A stretch of DNA of 59,572 nucleotides, counting the filler, from Basidioascus undulatus (taxonomy: Eukaryota): the NCBI GenBank assembly GCA_000826855.1. It is 10 parts of 10 records of this genome, joined end to end, with 100 filler letters (N's around TTAATTAATTAA, not from the genome) between each part and the next. Parts side by side here need not be neighbours in the genome. Positions count along the whole stretch, not along the records: positions 11,988 to 17,873 come from JTLS01001854.1; positions 17,974 to 23,855 come from JTLS01001855.1; positions 23,956 to 29,820 come from JTLS01001856.1; 7 more parts are not named here. One strand, given 5' to 3'. The notes under the pieces were generated by a model that saw only the letters and a program-made list of their open reading frames with translations, searched no databases and was not told the origin of the DNA. The translations under genes were made by a program, and so were the position numbers. Each line of letters opens with the position of its first letter. Positions within the stretch are counted from its first letter, which is position 1. Shown one piece after another: positions 11,888 to 25,294 of this stretch.

Positions 11888-12263
11888 NNNNNNNNNNNNN
11901 NNNNNNNNNNNNNNNNNNNNNNNNNNNNNNNTTAATTAATTAANNNNNNNNNNNNNNNNNNNNNNNNNNNNNNNNNNNNNNNNNNNNCCGCGGCGGCGAC
12001 CGCCCTGGATGGTAGGCGCGCGCGCGAGAGTTTGTTTAGTTTAGATGAGGAGGAAGAGGGGACTGAGGGGAGGACGAGGGGAAGGGAGATTGGTTTTTTG
12101 TAGGATGTTGGATTTCTCTGCCACGCGATGGTCCATGGTCTTTCTTCACTTTTTACGTCTTTTGTGTCACGGTCGTCTGCACCCTCTGCTAACGTCGCAT
12201 CAACTGCTTAAATCTATCTCTCATTTTATCTCGGTCTAACCCTTTCGCATCGTTCCCTTCGGA

Positions 12264-13880
12264 ATGGGCGGTTACTCAACTCAGGCGCAATCCCGCGCTC
12301 TCTCGCTCAAGGCGGACGGCAACTCCGCCCACGCGGCGCAAGACTTCCCGCGCGCCGAGCTGTACAAGCAGGCTTCCAACCTCGATCCCACCGAGGCCAT
12401 CTACCTCTCGAACCTCTCCGCGGCTCAGTACGAGCGCGGGCTCTATCCTGCGGCGCTCGCGCAGGTCGACAAGGCGCTCGCGCTCGTCTCGCCAGCAGAA
12501 GACAGTCTGCGGCTCAAGCTCAGCCTACGCAAGGCAAGATGCCTGATCCAGATGGAGATGGATCGACAAGGCGCTGGCGGTGCTGAGGAATGTGGACAAG
12601 GATCGGCGCGAGGGTGCGAACGGGGCTGCGGCGAACAAAAGCGGGGCGAGAGCACTCAGGGAGGCGCTGGAGAGGGGGAAGGAGCTTGAGCGTCAGGTGG
12701 AGGCGAAGAAGCGAGTTATCTGAGTGCTCTGAGATTTTTCTAGTTGTGGCTAGGAACTCCAGCTGATGTACTTTTGTGGGAACGCAGGAAGCTGCCTCGG
12801 TACAGGACTCGTCTGCACACCATGGTTGGAGTACTACGTCGTCAGTTCATCTGCGTATCCTCCCGCCATGCATTCGCTTCAGCTCACTTTTCCCTCGTTC
12901 GATCAGGTTGGGCATGACGACGCCTTGTCGCTCCTCTCCGCCCACCTCGACGCCAACGACGCCGCACGCGTGTCGCGCAGGCTCGGTATCCGCGTCCCGC
13001 CGCCGACGGAAGCCTTCGAGTTCTCCTGCCTATTCGGCGGCATAGGAGACGCTCGGCATCTCCTCTCGACGCTCATTGGCTGCGGTGCGGAGGTGCAGAA
13101 GTACAAGTGCGGGAAGGCAGGCAAGGGCAAAGAGGACAAGGTTGTACAGAAGTTCCACTTTACTCTCGTACGTCTGATAGATTTGCTTCGTGTACTTCCT
13201 CCGCTACATGGCCACGCACTGCTTGATTTTCAAAGATGATGCTGAATGGGCGACCTCGCTATCGAACTTGGACATGTGAACAGGTCGGCATCCATCCCGT
13301 TGCTCTCGCCAAGGACCTCCTCGCCCTTTACTCTCTCGCCGAGCTGTCCTCGTACCGGTCGTCGGAGCGCACCACGGCACCTCGCGCCCAGGATCTCCTG
13401 ACTATGCTGCATTACCTCTAGTGCGGCGATCTCCCCGTTCCGCCGTCATCGCTGCTGCGCCTGATTACCGCTCCCTGCGCTCTGCCCTTCTTTTTCCTAC
13501 AGTTGGGAAGTCGTCATGCCCCCGTTGGCGTACGAGACGATGATGCAGATGATCCGCCGTGCGCGTCAGAACCTCTTCCGCGAGCTCGACACGGGCCGGT
13601 CAGCCTGCCGTGGCTTTACGTCCAGCCCGAGCGCGTGCCGCCTATGCTCGACGTCCTCGACTGGTGACTCGGCCCGGGTGGGAAGCATATGACTGCGGCA
13701 GCGGCCATGGACTCCATCAAGTGCGTGCTCTGGGTTGGCTATTGGCGAGCGGTGCCGCTGACAGTTCGTCGCGGCTTCAGGTTGCAAACGGGGGACAAGG
13801 CAATCGCGCAGAATGTCCAGCTGGGACCTGGAGACAAATGACGGAGACGAGGAAGACGATGAGGAAAACATGTAGGTCTG
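12264..13880 (+). pseudogene. TPR + DUF4470-like domain protein, disrupted and truncated
   Basis: N-terminal TPRs (LKADGN..YKQA..LDP..IYLSNLSAAQYE), then LPRYR..EYYVVGHD, SCLFGGIGDARHL, FHFTLV.IHP..LAKDL, VMPPLAYE. Frameshifts near 12555 and 12824; stop TGA at 13665-13667. Confidence 0.7.
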
Positions 13881-16800
13881 GACATCGGTAAACGCCTCAA
13901 CGATCTGCGACAGCTTGATCTTGTGGTCGATGACACCGGTCTAGCATTTCGACCGAGGAAGTCAGAGTCTTGTCTCAACACCGGTTTGATTTAAGCACCA
14001 GACAGGGGTCGCTCACGCTGTTTGGCCTTCACACGGCAAAGTGCCTTGACTGCATCCTGCTTGTTGAACCACCGCGACTCCATCGGCGCCGACGGGAAGG
14101 ACCAGAAAAGGACGATGGCCCAGGGGACAGTGACGCCGCCGAAGAGAATGAAAAGCCACTATACCGGAGGAAGGATGTTAGCAACGTGCGCAGCCCTTCG
14201 GCGTATTGAAACTACGGCAATTTGGACAGTATACCTTCCAGGAGGGAATGTTGTTGTGGTGGATCCGGCCGAGACCTTGATATGATGATTTTGTCAATCA
14301 GATGTGAGGTAGATTTTAAGAATGGTCAACAATGTCGACCGACCGACTGAGACAGCTCCGGCAAACATCTGCCCGAAACCGTTCCTGATAGAAGATGGGT
14401 CTGAAATCAGTGACGACGAAGGATGTGTGGAGAAGTGGAAGCTGATTGACATGGAGTACCAGATACCGATTCGCAGCGGCTGCTCCTTGCGGGTATACCA
14501 CATATTTGCTCAGTCTCATTACATTTAGCTAATGGCACTGTCATTTAGCAGTGAAGCGTAGCAAGACAAAGTGCAGGCACCGGACTCCGCCTGCGCATTG
14601 CTTTCTTTATCCATTTCATCCATGCCAGGCGCATTTAAACTTCCCTTGTTGATGTTTATCTCATCAATGGCTCCTTTCAGCAAACCCGAAAGTCTCAGAC
14701 AACATCGTGGGACGTCACATTCAATCAGTCATTGCGCCTGCTGGGAGTGCAGCGTTTTGGGTTGCTCAGTCGGTTCAGAGGACCTGCAGCTGCCTCGAGC
14801 GAGACACCGATAACAAGAAAATAATAGAAAGGACGTGGGGTACCACGGAACATTGATGTCTTTGACTACCAAGACGTGGGTGGGTTGCCAGGCTCAGGAG
14901 CGTCTCCTGGAAGGGCAGGAACGCAAGATTGAGTATACTAGGACCAGTGAGGCCGCATTCTTGGTCGAGAGGTGAAGCATCTAGAATATCAGATATAGCT
15001 ACGAACAGTACACACAGTCAACATGTCAAAACAGGCTAGTCGTCACAGTTTACTGCACTCCAGAAAAACGATCGCTGACTGACGGTGCTCTTTCACTGTG
15101 ACGCCCTAGCACACAGTCCAGGCTTATCATCCTTGGGCAGGGAGACCCCAAACAAGGCAAGAACTTGTTAATTTCGTAGATACAGGGAGTCCACTAACAC
15201 CTGTTTGCTAAGCGGGATACTTGTCGGGCGAGACAGCCTGCAATCTTTCGCTGAGGACACATTGGAGGCGTAACTTGTGCATCACGAAGACAGCGGTTGC
15301 CGTTGGACTACCATGCGGTGAAATTAATGAAAATTGAAACCAAATTCCTGCAAAGCTGTTCTTGAGGTTGTGTAAAGGCTCTACCTCCGCGGGGCACCGC
15401 GTTGGTACACGTGCCCAGTACGCCTTCCTGCCTGGATGCGCCAGTTGCCGTCCCATTCGCTCAATTTTCTGTCCACTTCTTGGCCACTGGCAGTCACATG
15501 AGATATAAATATATGTCCGTCCTCTTGCATGGAGACCGTATGAGTTCCATGTGCCTTCTCTCTAACGGCTCGACACGCCACCTCGACCATTTCCACCTCC
15601 GCCACCACTGCACCCCTCGGGCCTCCCAAAACCAGCACTTTACCGGATACCACAACCACAACAGCATGTATTCCTCCATGCAGGGCGACGGCAAGCAGGT
15701 CGTCGCCAAGGTCTCTGTTGAGGACGTGTCTGTCCCGCTGGAGTCGCAGGCACGCAACGACATCGAAGTCTTCATCCGCCACGCTGGCGGAGTTGACGGT
15801 GTGGATGTTGAATTGTGACTGAGGAGGACAACAAGAGTATTCTACGCCATGTTTCTGATGCCCTTGATGGTGAGTTTTCTTTTCGCGGAGCACAGGAGCT
15901 GAGCGCAGGGGCTGGTCCTGATGTTCTCCCAAACCGACCTATTCCATCTAGTGCATCACCTACATCATTCAATACATTGAAAAGAGCGCCTTGAACTATG
16001 CCGCTGTTTACGGCCTTCAAAAGGTGCGTTCTTAACTGTGGCAATGGGCGGTGGGGACTGGTTAGGATGAGCATCGACCCTCATGGCTGCCTGCAGGATC
16101 TGAATCTGCACGGAAACCAATACTCAAAACTTGACCACCCTCTTCTATGGCGTACGTCACCGCTTAATACCAGATTCATCCACTACAAATTTTTCCTAAT
16201 TATCCTCCCATCATAGGGATATCTTGTGGCCGAATACCTGGCCGAATACCCGCTTGCCTAGTACGCATGAACCTGTGCCGCTGTGGACTGAGCTGATAAT
16301 CGAGTGTTCCCAGCGTCGCACAGCGCTTCCACCTCCAATATGTTCTGTTTACGGTCGTCTTCCTTTGGGTACAGCTACTTCTCCCCTGAAGCTGTCAGTG
16401 CCCTCCATCTAACGGGCAGATTCCTTCTCAGGGATGGGCCATGATGGCGGCCGCATTTTGCGAAAGCTACGCCGGAATTGCCGCCCAGCGCTTTTTCCTT
16501 GAACGCCTCGAGTGTATCATCACTCCTGTGTAAGGCATCCTCTTCGTAAAGCTTCCGCAAACGGTTCGCTGACTGTGTGATATCAACCACCGCCGCTTCT
16601 TTCTAGCTTCGGATGAGATAATTGCGATAACGACGTTGAAATGGAAGGTCTTACGTTGAAAAGGCAAACCTGGCTGAGCTCGCAGACCGTTTCTCGATAA
16701 CCTCACGGGCTGCGGTCTCAGGCTGGTGTCAGGTTCGCTGCACGCACAAATTAAGTAAGGGTATTTTATTTCCTATCACACGTGTTATACCAACCGCACA

Positions 16801-18371
16801 GGCACGAGACAGTGTTCTTTGTTCATGGGCGAGTCGCGCTTCGATCCGACCCCCTGATGCCGAACAGTGCATGCGCCGTGCTCCCGTACAGCAATACCGT
16901 CTAGCAGTTGTAGATGGAAGTCCTCAGAATTGTAGGCTTTTACGACCTGCAGAGTATAGCTCCCAAGCTGCAACATTGAAGTAACGGCAGGGTGTCAGTG
17001 TGTCTTCGACTGTCAGAGCTGCACGGCGAACGAGAAGGCTGCCGCAGCTTTTTGCGAGACTTGCGCGATTGCCGGGTGTTGCTGAAGCAAGAAGATTTCG
17101 AGAGTACCACACGTTTCAGGCTGAATGATACCTACAGATGACAGTAGTACTGTTTGGGTCTGGTGCAGGTGGGTGGTGAACGGGGGACCTGCGCTCGCCG
17201 GCGCCGCTGACTGCCGGCGGCTCACTACGACGATGTTCAACCAAGAGCGGCGTCGAAAGCATCAAGGTGGATTGGATGGCTAGAGAGCGAGATAGCTTGG
17301 ACGACGACACGGTAGAGAACCAACGTTGCGAACTTTGGCACTTCGCCACTTGCTGAGCTCGCAGAGCGCGGCGGACGCGAATCTCTCGCGAGCTGCAACC
17401 CAAGCAAGAAGATAATGACCATATTTCAGAATCGAAAGGGTTTAAACCCACGAAAGACAAGCAGGAACGGCCCGGTCAAGTCCTCGTACGCCGCGACGTG
17501 CAGCACTGTCGGCTTGGAGTTGGACAGTGGGGTGGCTGCGCGGCCTCAAGCTCTGTTGAAGCGTGATCATGATGTTCGACTTATAGTCTGCTCGAGCTCT
17601 AAAAGCCTGGGCATGACAGGCCCAGTGCTTCGCAGACCAGTGGAAGCCCCGAAGCCACAGATCAAGTCAACGTCAACCCCACCTCGGCAGCCCCGACTAC
17701 TGGCGCTTGTCTACCGCCCGCTGCGCCCCGTCGACCGCCGCAAAGCACTTTGTTCTCATTACCATCGTTTTCATTTCGATTCATTTATCGTCGCCCCTCC
17801 CAATTACCCTTCCCCGTCCGTCCCCTGCCCCTTCTTCCCTCGCCTCCGCTCTACTCGATATCTGATTCCAGCCNNNNNNNNNNNNNNNNNNNNNNNNNNN
17901 NNNNNNNNNNNNNNNNNTTAATTAATTAANNNNNNNNNNNNNNNNNNNNNNNNNNNNNNNNNNNNNNNNNNNNATTACTGTTGGTGGGTTTTCTTGGGCT
18001 GGGGAAAATATAGAGGGGTTTTGGTAATTGAGATGTTGGCGTCGAAACGGCTGGGCTGGCGGTATCGCGTTGGTATCGCGCGTCTTCCTTCCTCTCGCTG
18101 TCGCCCTGCACTGACACTGACTGCACTGACTGCCTAGCCGCAACACAGGCAACGCAGCGCAGCAGCCAAACTCTGCTCTCTAAAAGCACACAAGCCGCAT
18201 TCCCCCGTCGCCGAACTGTTTGATCCTCCGCTCACCCCGCGCACTCGACAAACCGTTCCCAGCGCTCTCTTTCCTCTTCCCCTTCGCCCACCACCGTCGC
18301 CGTTCGCACTTCGCCACTCACAGACATAGACATAGAACCCCTTCCAGTCCATCTCCCACACACAGTACATC

Positions 18372-19311
18372 ATGCCCGGCAAGAAGAACTCCCTCGGCGC
18401 CAGCGGCGGCAAGACGTTCCGCTCGCGCGCCGACCGGGCGGGGCTCATCTTCAGCGTTGGAAGGCTGCACAGGTACCTCAACAGGGTGCGTCGCCACTCC
18501 TTCTCCTCTTCCTGCTCCTTTCCCGGCTGCAGACGGGGTGCTGAACTGGACGTGGGGACGCAGGGCCAGTACTCGAAGCGTGTTGGCGCGGGCGCGCCGG
18601 TCTACCTCGCTGTACGTCGGTCCACGGACGTGTAGAAGCTTGGGGAGAGGATGGGACGCTGACGATGGGAGGAGGAACGGCAGGCTGTCCTCGAGTACCT
18701 CGTCGCGGAGATCCTCGAGCTTGCGGGGAACGCTGCGAGGTGCGTTTCTGCGTTTCCTTTATTCCCCGTCCCTAGGAGCGTGCTGACGCCGCTGGGTGGG
18801 GTACAGGGACAACAAGAAGAAGCGTGCGTGCCATCGACATTTGACTTTCCTGGGGAGAGGTGGCTTATGGGAGAGAGGGACACAGGCATAATCCCGCGCC
18901 ACATCCAGCTCGCGACCGGGAACGACGAGGGTGATTCATCCCCCTGCCCACCACCACAGAGCACGATACTGATTTCTGGTGGGTGACTGCGACAGAGCTC
19001 AACAAGCTCCTCCAGCGTACGTCCACCCTATCCCCGCCCGATCCATTGCCTATTCTGACCGACGTCCCTCCCACAGACTGCCAGATTTCACAGGGCGGGC
19101 ACGTCCCTCCCTTGCTTCAGCGTCGGCCCTCGCTGACCCTAAATGGGCCTTTTCTTTTGGTTGACAGCGTCCTCCCGCATATTCATACAGAATTGCTTCC
19201 CAAGAAAGAAAATTATCCTTCTTACCTCTTGCGCTACTGATGACGAGACTGATGCGTAGGGACTGTCTACAGAGCACCAAGAAGAAGGACACGGACTCGG
19301 TCGAGATCTGA
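18372..19311 (+). CDS. Divergent histone H2A (9 exons in the best model)
   Basis: Spliced product [121 protein letters not shown](STKKKDTDSVEI*). The last intron lacks a GT donor. Confidence 0.92.
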
Positions 19312-19690
19312 GGCGCAGGCTGCGAGACGGGGAAAGGGGGTAGAATGCGTGGGAGGGAGACTGCGAGGCCGCCGCTGCTTTGACGAACTATTCCGAATGA
19401 CTGCAATGTACTTTTATGATTCGACTACTGCATGTTACGACTGCCAATGAAAAACGCACTTTGACGCATGCTGCCTCCAGTAGCAGGACTGTTGACTGTT
19501 ACTCGAGCTGCCGCTCGCAGTCCGACCATCTAACAACAATCTCCACCCAGATGCAAGCTGCCGCTTTGGCCTCCCGTTTCGACCCGGACCAGCCGCTCTC
19601 CAAGCAGGGGGGCGCCGAAAATGTTACTTGCTGCTTGAGCCTCTGCTTCCACATCCCTCGCGCCACTCCTGCTAACCTTTATGCCGTTCG

Positions 19691-22600
19691 TTCTTAGTCG
19701 AAGGAGAGCTTTCCCGGGCAATGCAAAGCTGTGAAGGACGAGACTGTGATGCTGGATCCCGACCTCTGGGGGCTGGAGCCAGTGTTCAGGGCGGTCAAGA
19801 ACGGCTGTGTGTTTTGGTAAGATCTTTGGGCAAACTGTTTCTTTGACCTTCCGTAGTGACCCTTGCATAGAAGCTGCCAATCACGAGTTGATGAGCTTAC
19901 TGGCCCTCGCCTCTCTCTTGCAAGTGTCCTGGCACTTGATTCGTCTGCGCTTCGGCAGAAACCATGTCGCACGCCACAGTGAAGGCAACAGAAGTCTACA
20001 CCTCGCCAGGGGCGATCTGCCGGTTTCATTATATGCATGGAAAGGGGACGTGCACACCGCAGGTTCCTCATATTGGCCATGTAGCCGTAGCGGGTACTTG
20101 TGCCTGGGATAGCTGAAGTGCGGAAGCCTTGCACTGCCGAATTGTTGCATGCAACGGGTATTCGTCGGAAAGAGCAAACAGCAACCGCCATCCCTGCAAT
20201 TTCGCCTTTTGGAAGCTGCAAAGGTCAGAGGGACCCGGTATGCTGAACAGCAGAACATGTCGCATCGAGAGATGCCTCCAAGAGAATGGCACCAGCACGG
20301 CGTGATACAAAGAGCCCAGTCAAACATTTGACATACAATAATAGAATACAGGTAGAAGTGAGGAATTGAGGCTCAGAAGCAATGCGTATAGACGCGGTGT
20401 TGAAAGAGGTACATCAAATGCGGCCTGCGCCGGTGCGAAATTCATCAGCGTAGATCATGGTGGGATCTATAGGTCTTGAGCGGAATTCCAGGTTCTCTCT
20501 GGGGAATGAAGTGAGAGGATTCAGCTATTATATAATGCTATAAATATTGGAGCGACGGACCTGTCGGTCAAGTCAGTCCAGGCTCCAGAGCTGTTTGTCT
20601 CCTCAATCTCAACGTCGGGATGGTCTTCAGTCTTTGCATCGTCGCGGCGAGCATTCTGAAAGCAAACTGGAAGTTATGAGCCTTTAAAACTTTCCGGAAA
20701 TTTTCCAGGTATCACTCACCTCACGAGCGTAGATCCCACGGAGGTGTAGAAGGAAGACTGCGCAAAGGGCAATGCTGACAATGTCAAAGCGCTGCCGGGG
20801 TTGCGTTTTAGAATGATGGCGTCAGATTATGCTTATGGCGTTTTGCGTCAGACAAAGTCCCTACAGGCCCGTGAGATACTCGGGTGTCTGCCCCTTGTAG
20901 AACACCAGCCGACTGCAAGACGGAGCATTAGGCGAGACACAAGGATTGAACGGAAGTGGTGCTCACTGATGTTGCCAAGAGAGAATCCTACGAAGGCTAT
21001 CCCAACCAAATCTGCACTCGTGTCCAGGTGTTAGACAATGCAGTAAATGAACAGAAGGGTGAGCGGCACACAGGACACGTACTTGTCCGCTTCGTATCCA
21101 CCGCCATTTTGGCTGGGTATCTGGACCATTAGAACAGCTGTCAGAATCTTGAGCTTTGGCCAGCCCATGCACTTGCCTGGAACACCGATGACTCACAGAT
21201 ACCAGCTATTGAGAAGGACGCTTGAATGAGCAAAGGATGCATGCCTGCGCGGGGTCGGCATGCGCAGGTACACCCCGAACAGGCGGGCACCTTTCTTGGT
21301 GACGCTGTCGCCAACTGCAAGACAAACCCGATGAAGGAGGGCACCAAGCAAAGTCTGCAGGTCGTTGTTGTCAGTCATTGCTGGATGTACTATCATATGA
21401 GGTGGGCGTACGCGCAAGCATAGATGTGGAACCGCTTTAGTTCGCTTGATGCCAGCGCCCTAAGTACCATCCAGACGCCCTAGGAGGGAAGGGAGTCTAC
21501 AGTTCAAAGAAAGCACGAAGTACAGCATTGAAGGGCCCACCTGTGCAACCCCGTTGCAATACCCAGCAACGAGGTCTGGAGGTTGGAGTAACCAATTGCA
21601 AGCAGCGTCTTCAGAGCCCCCGCTGTATAACAAACCTGAGGAAGAGAATCCACCCACAACTTTTGAGGATCAAGGAGCTGAACTGAGCATATACGGCGTT
21701 TGGAAGATTGCAACAACAAGACAGCTAGGCTGAATGTCAGCATCGAACACAAACAAAATGGGCTGCAGCTGAGCGTACTGATGACTGCATCATCGTAAGG
21801 CAGCCAAAAAAAGTCAGCACTTGGACATTCCAAGCTAGGTGAGGCTACAGCCTGACAGATGAGGATGCATTGCGGGTCCCTTTGGGGATCAAGTGCCTCG
21901 ATGATCTGGTATAGCTTGGTCATGGTCTCTCCCGCCGGTCTGAGTCTACAGTAAGCACACTACCAGCTTCAGAGCACGGCTGATCTCCGAATGACCTGGT
22001 TGGATTTGAGGCGTTCTACGGCTTGGACACGTTGGTCCTTGCTCAAGAACACAGCATCAAGAGGTGATGAGGGGAACATGAGGAGGAACACGATGGACCA
22101 AAGACGGTGGTGCCCCCGCAAAAGCTGGAGAAACTCTCAGTCAATGTCGATCCAGCGATCATGAGCTCGAGAGCTCGGTGCAGCAGGCCAACAGGAAATG
22201 CACATAAAGATCCACTGCGGAAAGCCTACAGCGTCAACACAACCTGAAACCACAGTGCGAGAAACCGCTACCCACCTTCCACGTTGGGACATTGTTGTGG
22301 TGAATCAGGCCCATCCCATAGCCGATCAGTCCACCGGCAGCCTGCCCACACCGTTGCAAGCCGACCAGAAGCCGACGTACAACTGAAATGGAGTTTCAGC
22401 GGCCGACGAGGCAGCGGAGAGTACCAAAGACTTACCGGCTGCTCCGAGCGCAAGTACCAAACACTCGTGGCCAGAATGAAAACAGGGGTGATGGCCATTC
22501 AAGAAAGCCTAGGAAAAAGCGTTGCGCTGCGATCCCAGCGCAGTTTGCTGGATGAAATGCCTTGTAATGAGCAACACTGTGACGAGAGTATATTGGAGAG

Positions 22601-23057
22601 CCACTTACTGCAAAGTGCGGTAGCCATTACCGCCAATCCCCAGATCTGGAACGATGATGAGTGTCAGCCATATGGATCCGATAGCACGGGTAGATCGGGA
22701 GTTGGAAGTAACGTACCAACATACAGACGCCGGCCACGCGGCTGGGATGAAACGCCTGCACAACGTAACCAAGCGGGTACTCGGCCACAAGGCTACACAT
22801 CTTATGCGTGCTGTCAGTCTTGGACCACATCACAGTTATTGGAACAGATACGCAGTAGCCTGAAGTTCGCCACTCGCGTGGTGAGCATTTACTTCCCAAT
22901 ATGCTTGCGCAACTCTCACTAATTTATTTTCACGGATTTCTTAGTTGAAGGAGAACTTCCCGGGGTTACAAAAAGCTATGGGAGATGAGACTGTTATGCT
23001 GGATCTGGGTGTTGGAGCAGGCGTTTAGCGTTGAGGGACGGCTGCGTTATTTGGTGA
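19691..23057. repeat. Two diverged direct copies of a ~120-130 bp segment (19691-19820 and 22938-23057)
   Basis: ttcttagtcgaaggagagctttcccgggc..gagactgtgatgctggatc..acggctgtgtgttttggt versus ttcttagttgaaggagaacttcccgggg..gagactgttatgctggatc..acggctgcgttatttggt. Confidence 0.75.
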
Positions 23058-23955
23058 TACTTTGCCGGAGCGGAAATCCCTGTTAATCCTCCATTGCTTT
23101 CAATTTCTTTTGATGTGCCTAGGCGGAATCTGAAGCTGTTCATGCAAGTCCGGCTCACGGCGCCCGCGGCAGTCCAGCCTCTTTGCCCGCCGAAGGAGCC
23201 TCTACAGCCCTCAACAGCTTCTCCTGCTTGACCCGTTGTTAACGGCCTTACCCGCGGTGGGCTACTCGCAGTCCAGTTACAGGAGGGAGACACTGGAAGT
23301 CTTAACTCGACTTTCCCAATGTGAATAATCGAAGAACATCCTGTGAATCAGCGCTCAGTCCGGCACGACTGCATGCACCGGCAGCCGCCGCAACGGGATG
23401 CACATGAGCCCAGGAGCGCTGCCTGTGTAGTGGACGAAGCGAATGTAGAGCACCGCAGAAGAAAAACGAAGGTGCATCAAGCTGAATGCTAGGTTCGATG
23501 AGCTAGTCTAGTGAGATGGGCCAGTGAGCATTCCGAAATGCGCACGCTTGAGCGTCGACTTATAGCGCGATCAGCGGTTGTGAGAGAATAACATCGAGTA
23601 CGTAAACGATGTGAATGGTGAGCGAGAGAACATCTAGGACCTGGAATGGGCGAGCCGATCGAAGGAGGACGAAGTGCGGTGTAATGAGCGTATCAGGCGG
23701 CCGTAAGGAGCCGCAACGCGGACGCGTCGCTCTTCATCGTGGAAGTTGAATAGGATCTGACCGGCTCACGTCTCCTTCTGCTTTCCGTGCGCCTCTTCCC
23801 CTCCCATGCCCGTAACCTCCCCAATCCCCGGCCCCTTCGCCCGTGCACCCTCCCCNNNNNNNNNNNNNNNNNNNNNNNNNNNNNNNNNNNNNNNNNNNNT
23901 TAATTAATTAANNNNNNNNNNNNNNNNNNNNNNNNNNNNNNNNNNNNNNNNNNNN

Positions 23956-23978
23956 CAACTTGCTATGGTCGTCAAGCA
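23956..23978 (-). rRNA. rrf: 5S rRNA, 5' fragment at contig edge
   Basis: Reverse complement TGCTTGACGACCATAGCAAGTTG matches the 5' end of gammaproteobacterial 5S and lies ~230 nt downstream of 23S. Confidence 0.75.
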
Positions 23979-24206
23979 ATTCTGGATGAGTTCGGAGGTC
24001 TTAGGATGTGTAGTACATCGGCCTCGATTGACTCAAAGAGGGTGGTGGAGTGTAAAGCATTGCTGTTTTGTGTGTATCTTTTCCGTTGGCTATTACTAGC
24101 CTATCGTATTTTACAGTGTTTGGATGCTTGCATATCCTGACAAGTCCGACAGAGTTTTATTCTCTGTAATGAATCACTTAAACCGTTAAACAGTCGATTC
24201 TGTTAT

Positions 24207-24341
24207 ATGGTCAAGCCGCACGAGCAATTAGTATTGGTTAGCTCAACGCCTCGCAGCGCTTCCACACCCAACCTATCAACGTCGTAGTCTTCAACGGCTC
24301 TTCAGGGGGCTTAAAGCCCCGGGGAGATCTCATCTTGAAGG

Positions 24342-24377
<36 letters not shown>

Positions 24378-24543
24378 TCCGCACGTAGCTACCGGGCAGT
24401 GCCGTTGGCACGACAACCCGAACACCAGAGGTGCGTTCATTCCGGTCCTCTCGTACTAGGAACAACTCTTCTCAAATCTCCAACGCCCACGGCAGATAGG
24501 GACCGAACTGTCTCACGACGTTCTAAACCCAGCTCGCGTACCA

Positions 24544-24576
<33 letters not shown>

Positions 24577-24578
24577 GG

Positions 24579-24621
<43 letters not shown>

Positions 24622-24650
24622 ACCGCCGTCGATATGAACTCTTGGGCGGT

Positions 24651-24726
<76 letters not shown>

Positions 24727-24828
24727 ACCTACTTTCGTACCTGCTCGACGTGTCTGTCTCGCAGTCAAGCGCGCTTTTGCCTTTATACTCTACGACCGAT
24801 TTCCGACCGGTCTGAGCGCACCTTCGTA

Positions 24829-24870
<42 letters not shown>

Positions 24871-25128
24871 ACCCACCATACACTGTCCTCGACCCGGATG
24901 ACGGGCCAGAGTTAGAACCTCAAGGTTGCCAGGGTGGTATTTCAAGGATGGCTCCATGAGAACTGGCGTCCCCACTTCAAAGCCTCCCACCTATCCTACA
25001 CAAGCAAGCTCAAAGTCCAGTGCAAAGCTATAGTAAAGGTTCACGGGGTCTTTCCGTCTAGCCGCGGGAACACGGCATCTTAACCGCGATTTCAATTTCA
25101 CTGAGTCTCGGGTGGAGACAGCTCCCCC

Positions 25129-25226
<98 letters not shown>

Positions 25227-25259
25227 CAAGAGCTTCGCTTGCGCTAACCCCATCAATTA

Positions 25260-25294
<35 letters not shown>

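Noticed and set aside
19900..22900. Transposase (e.g. KDZ/CxC) or retroelement ORF
   Set aside because: No diagnostic DDE, RT (YxDD), integrase or CxC motif recognisable by eye; left unassigned.
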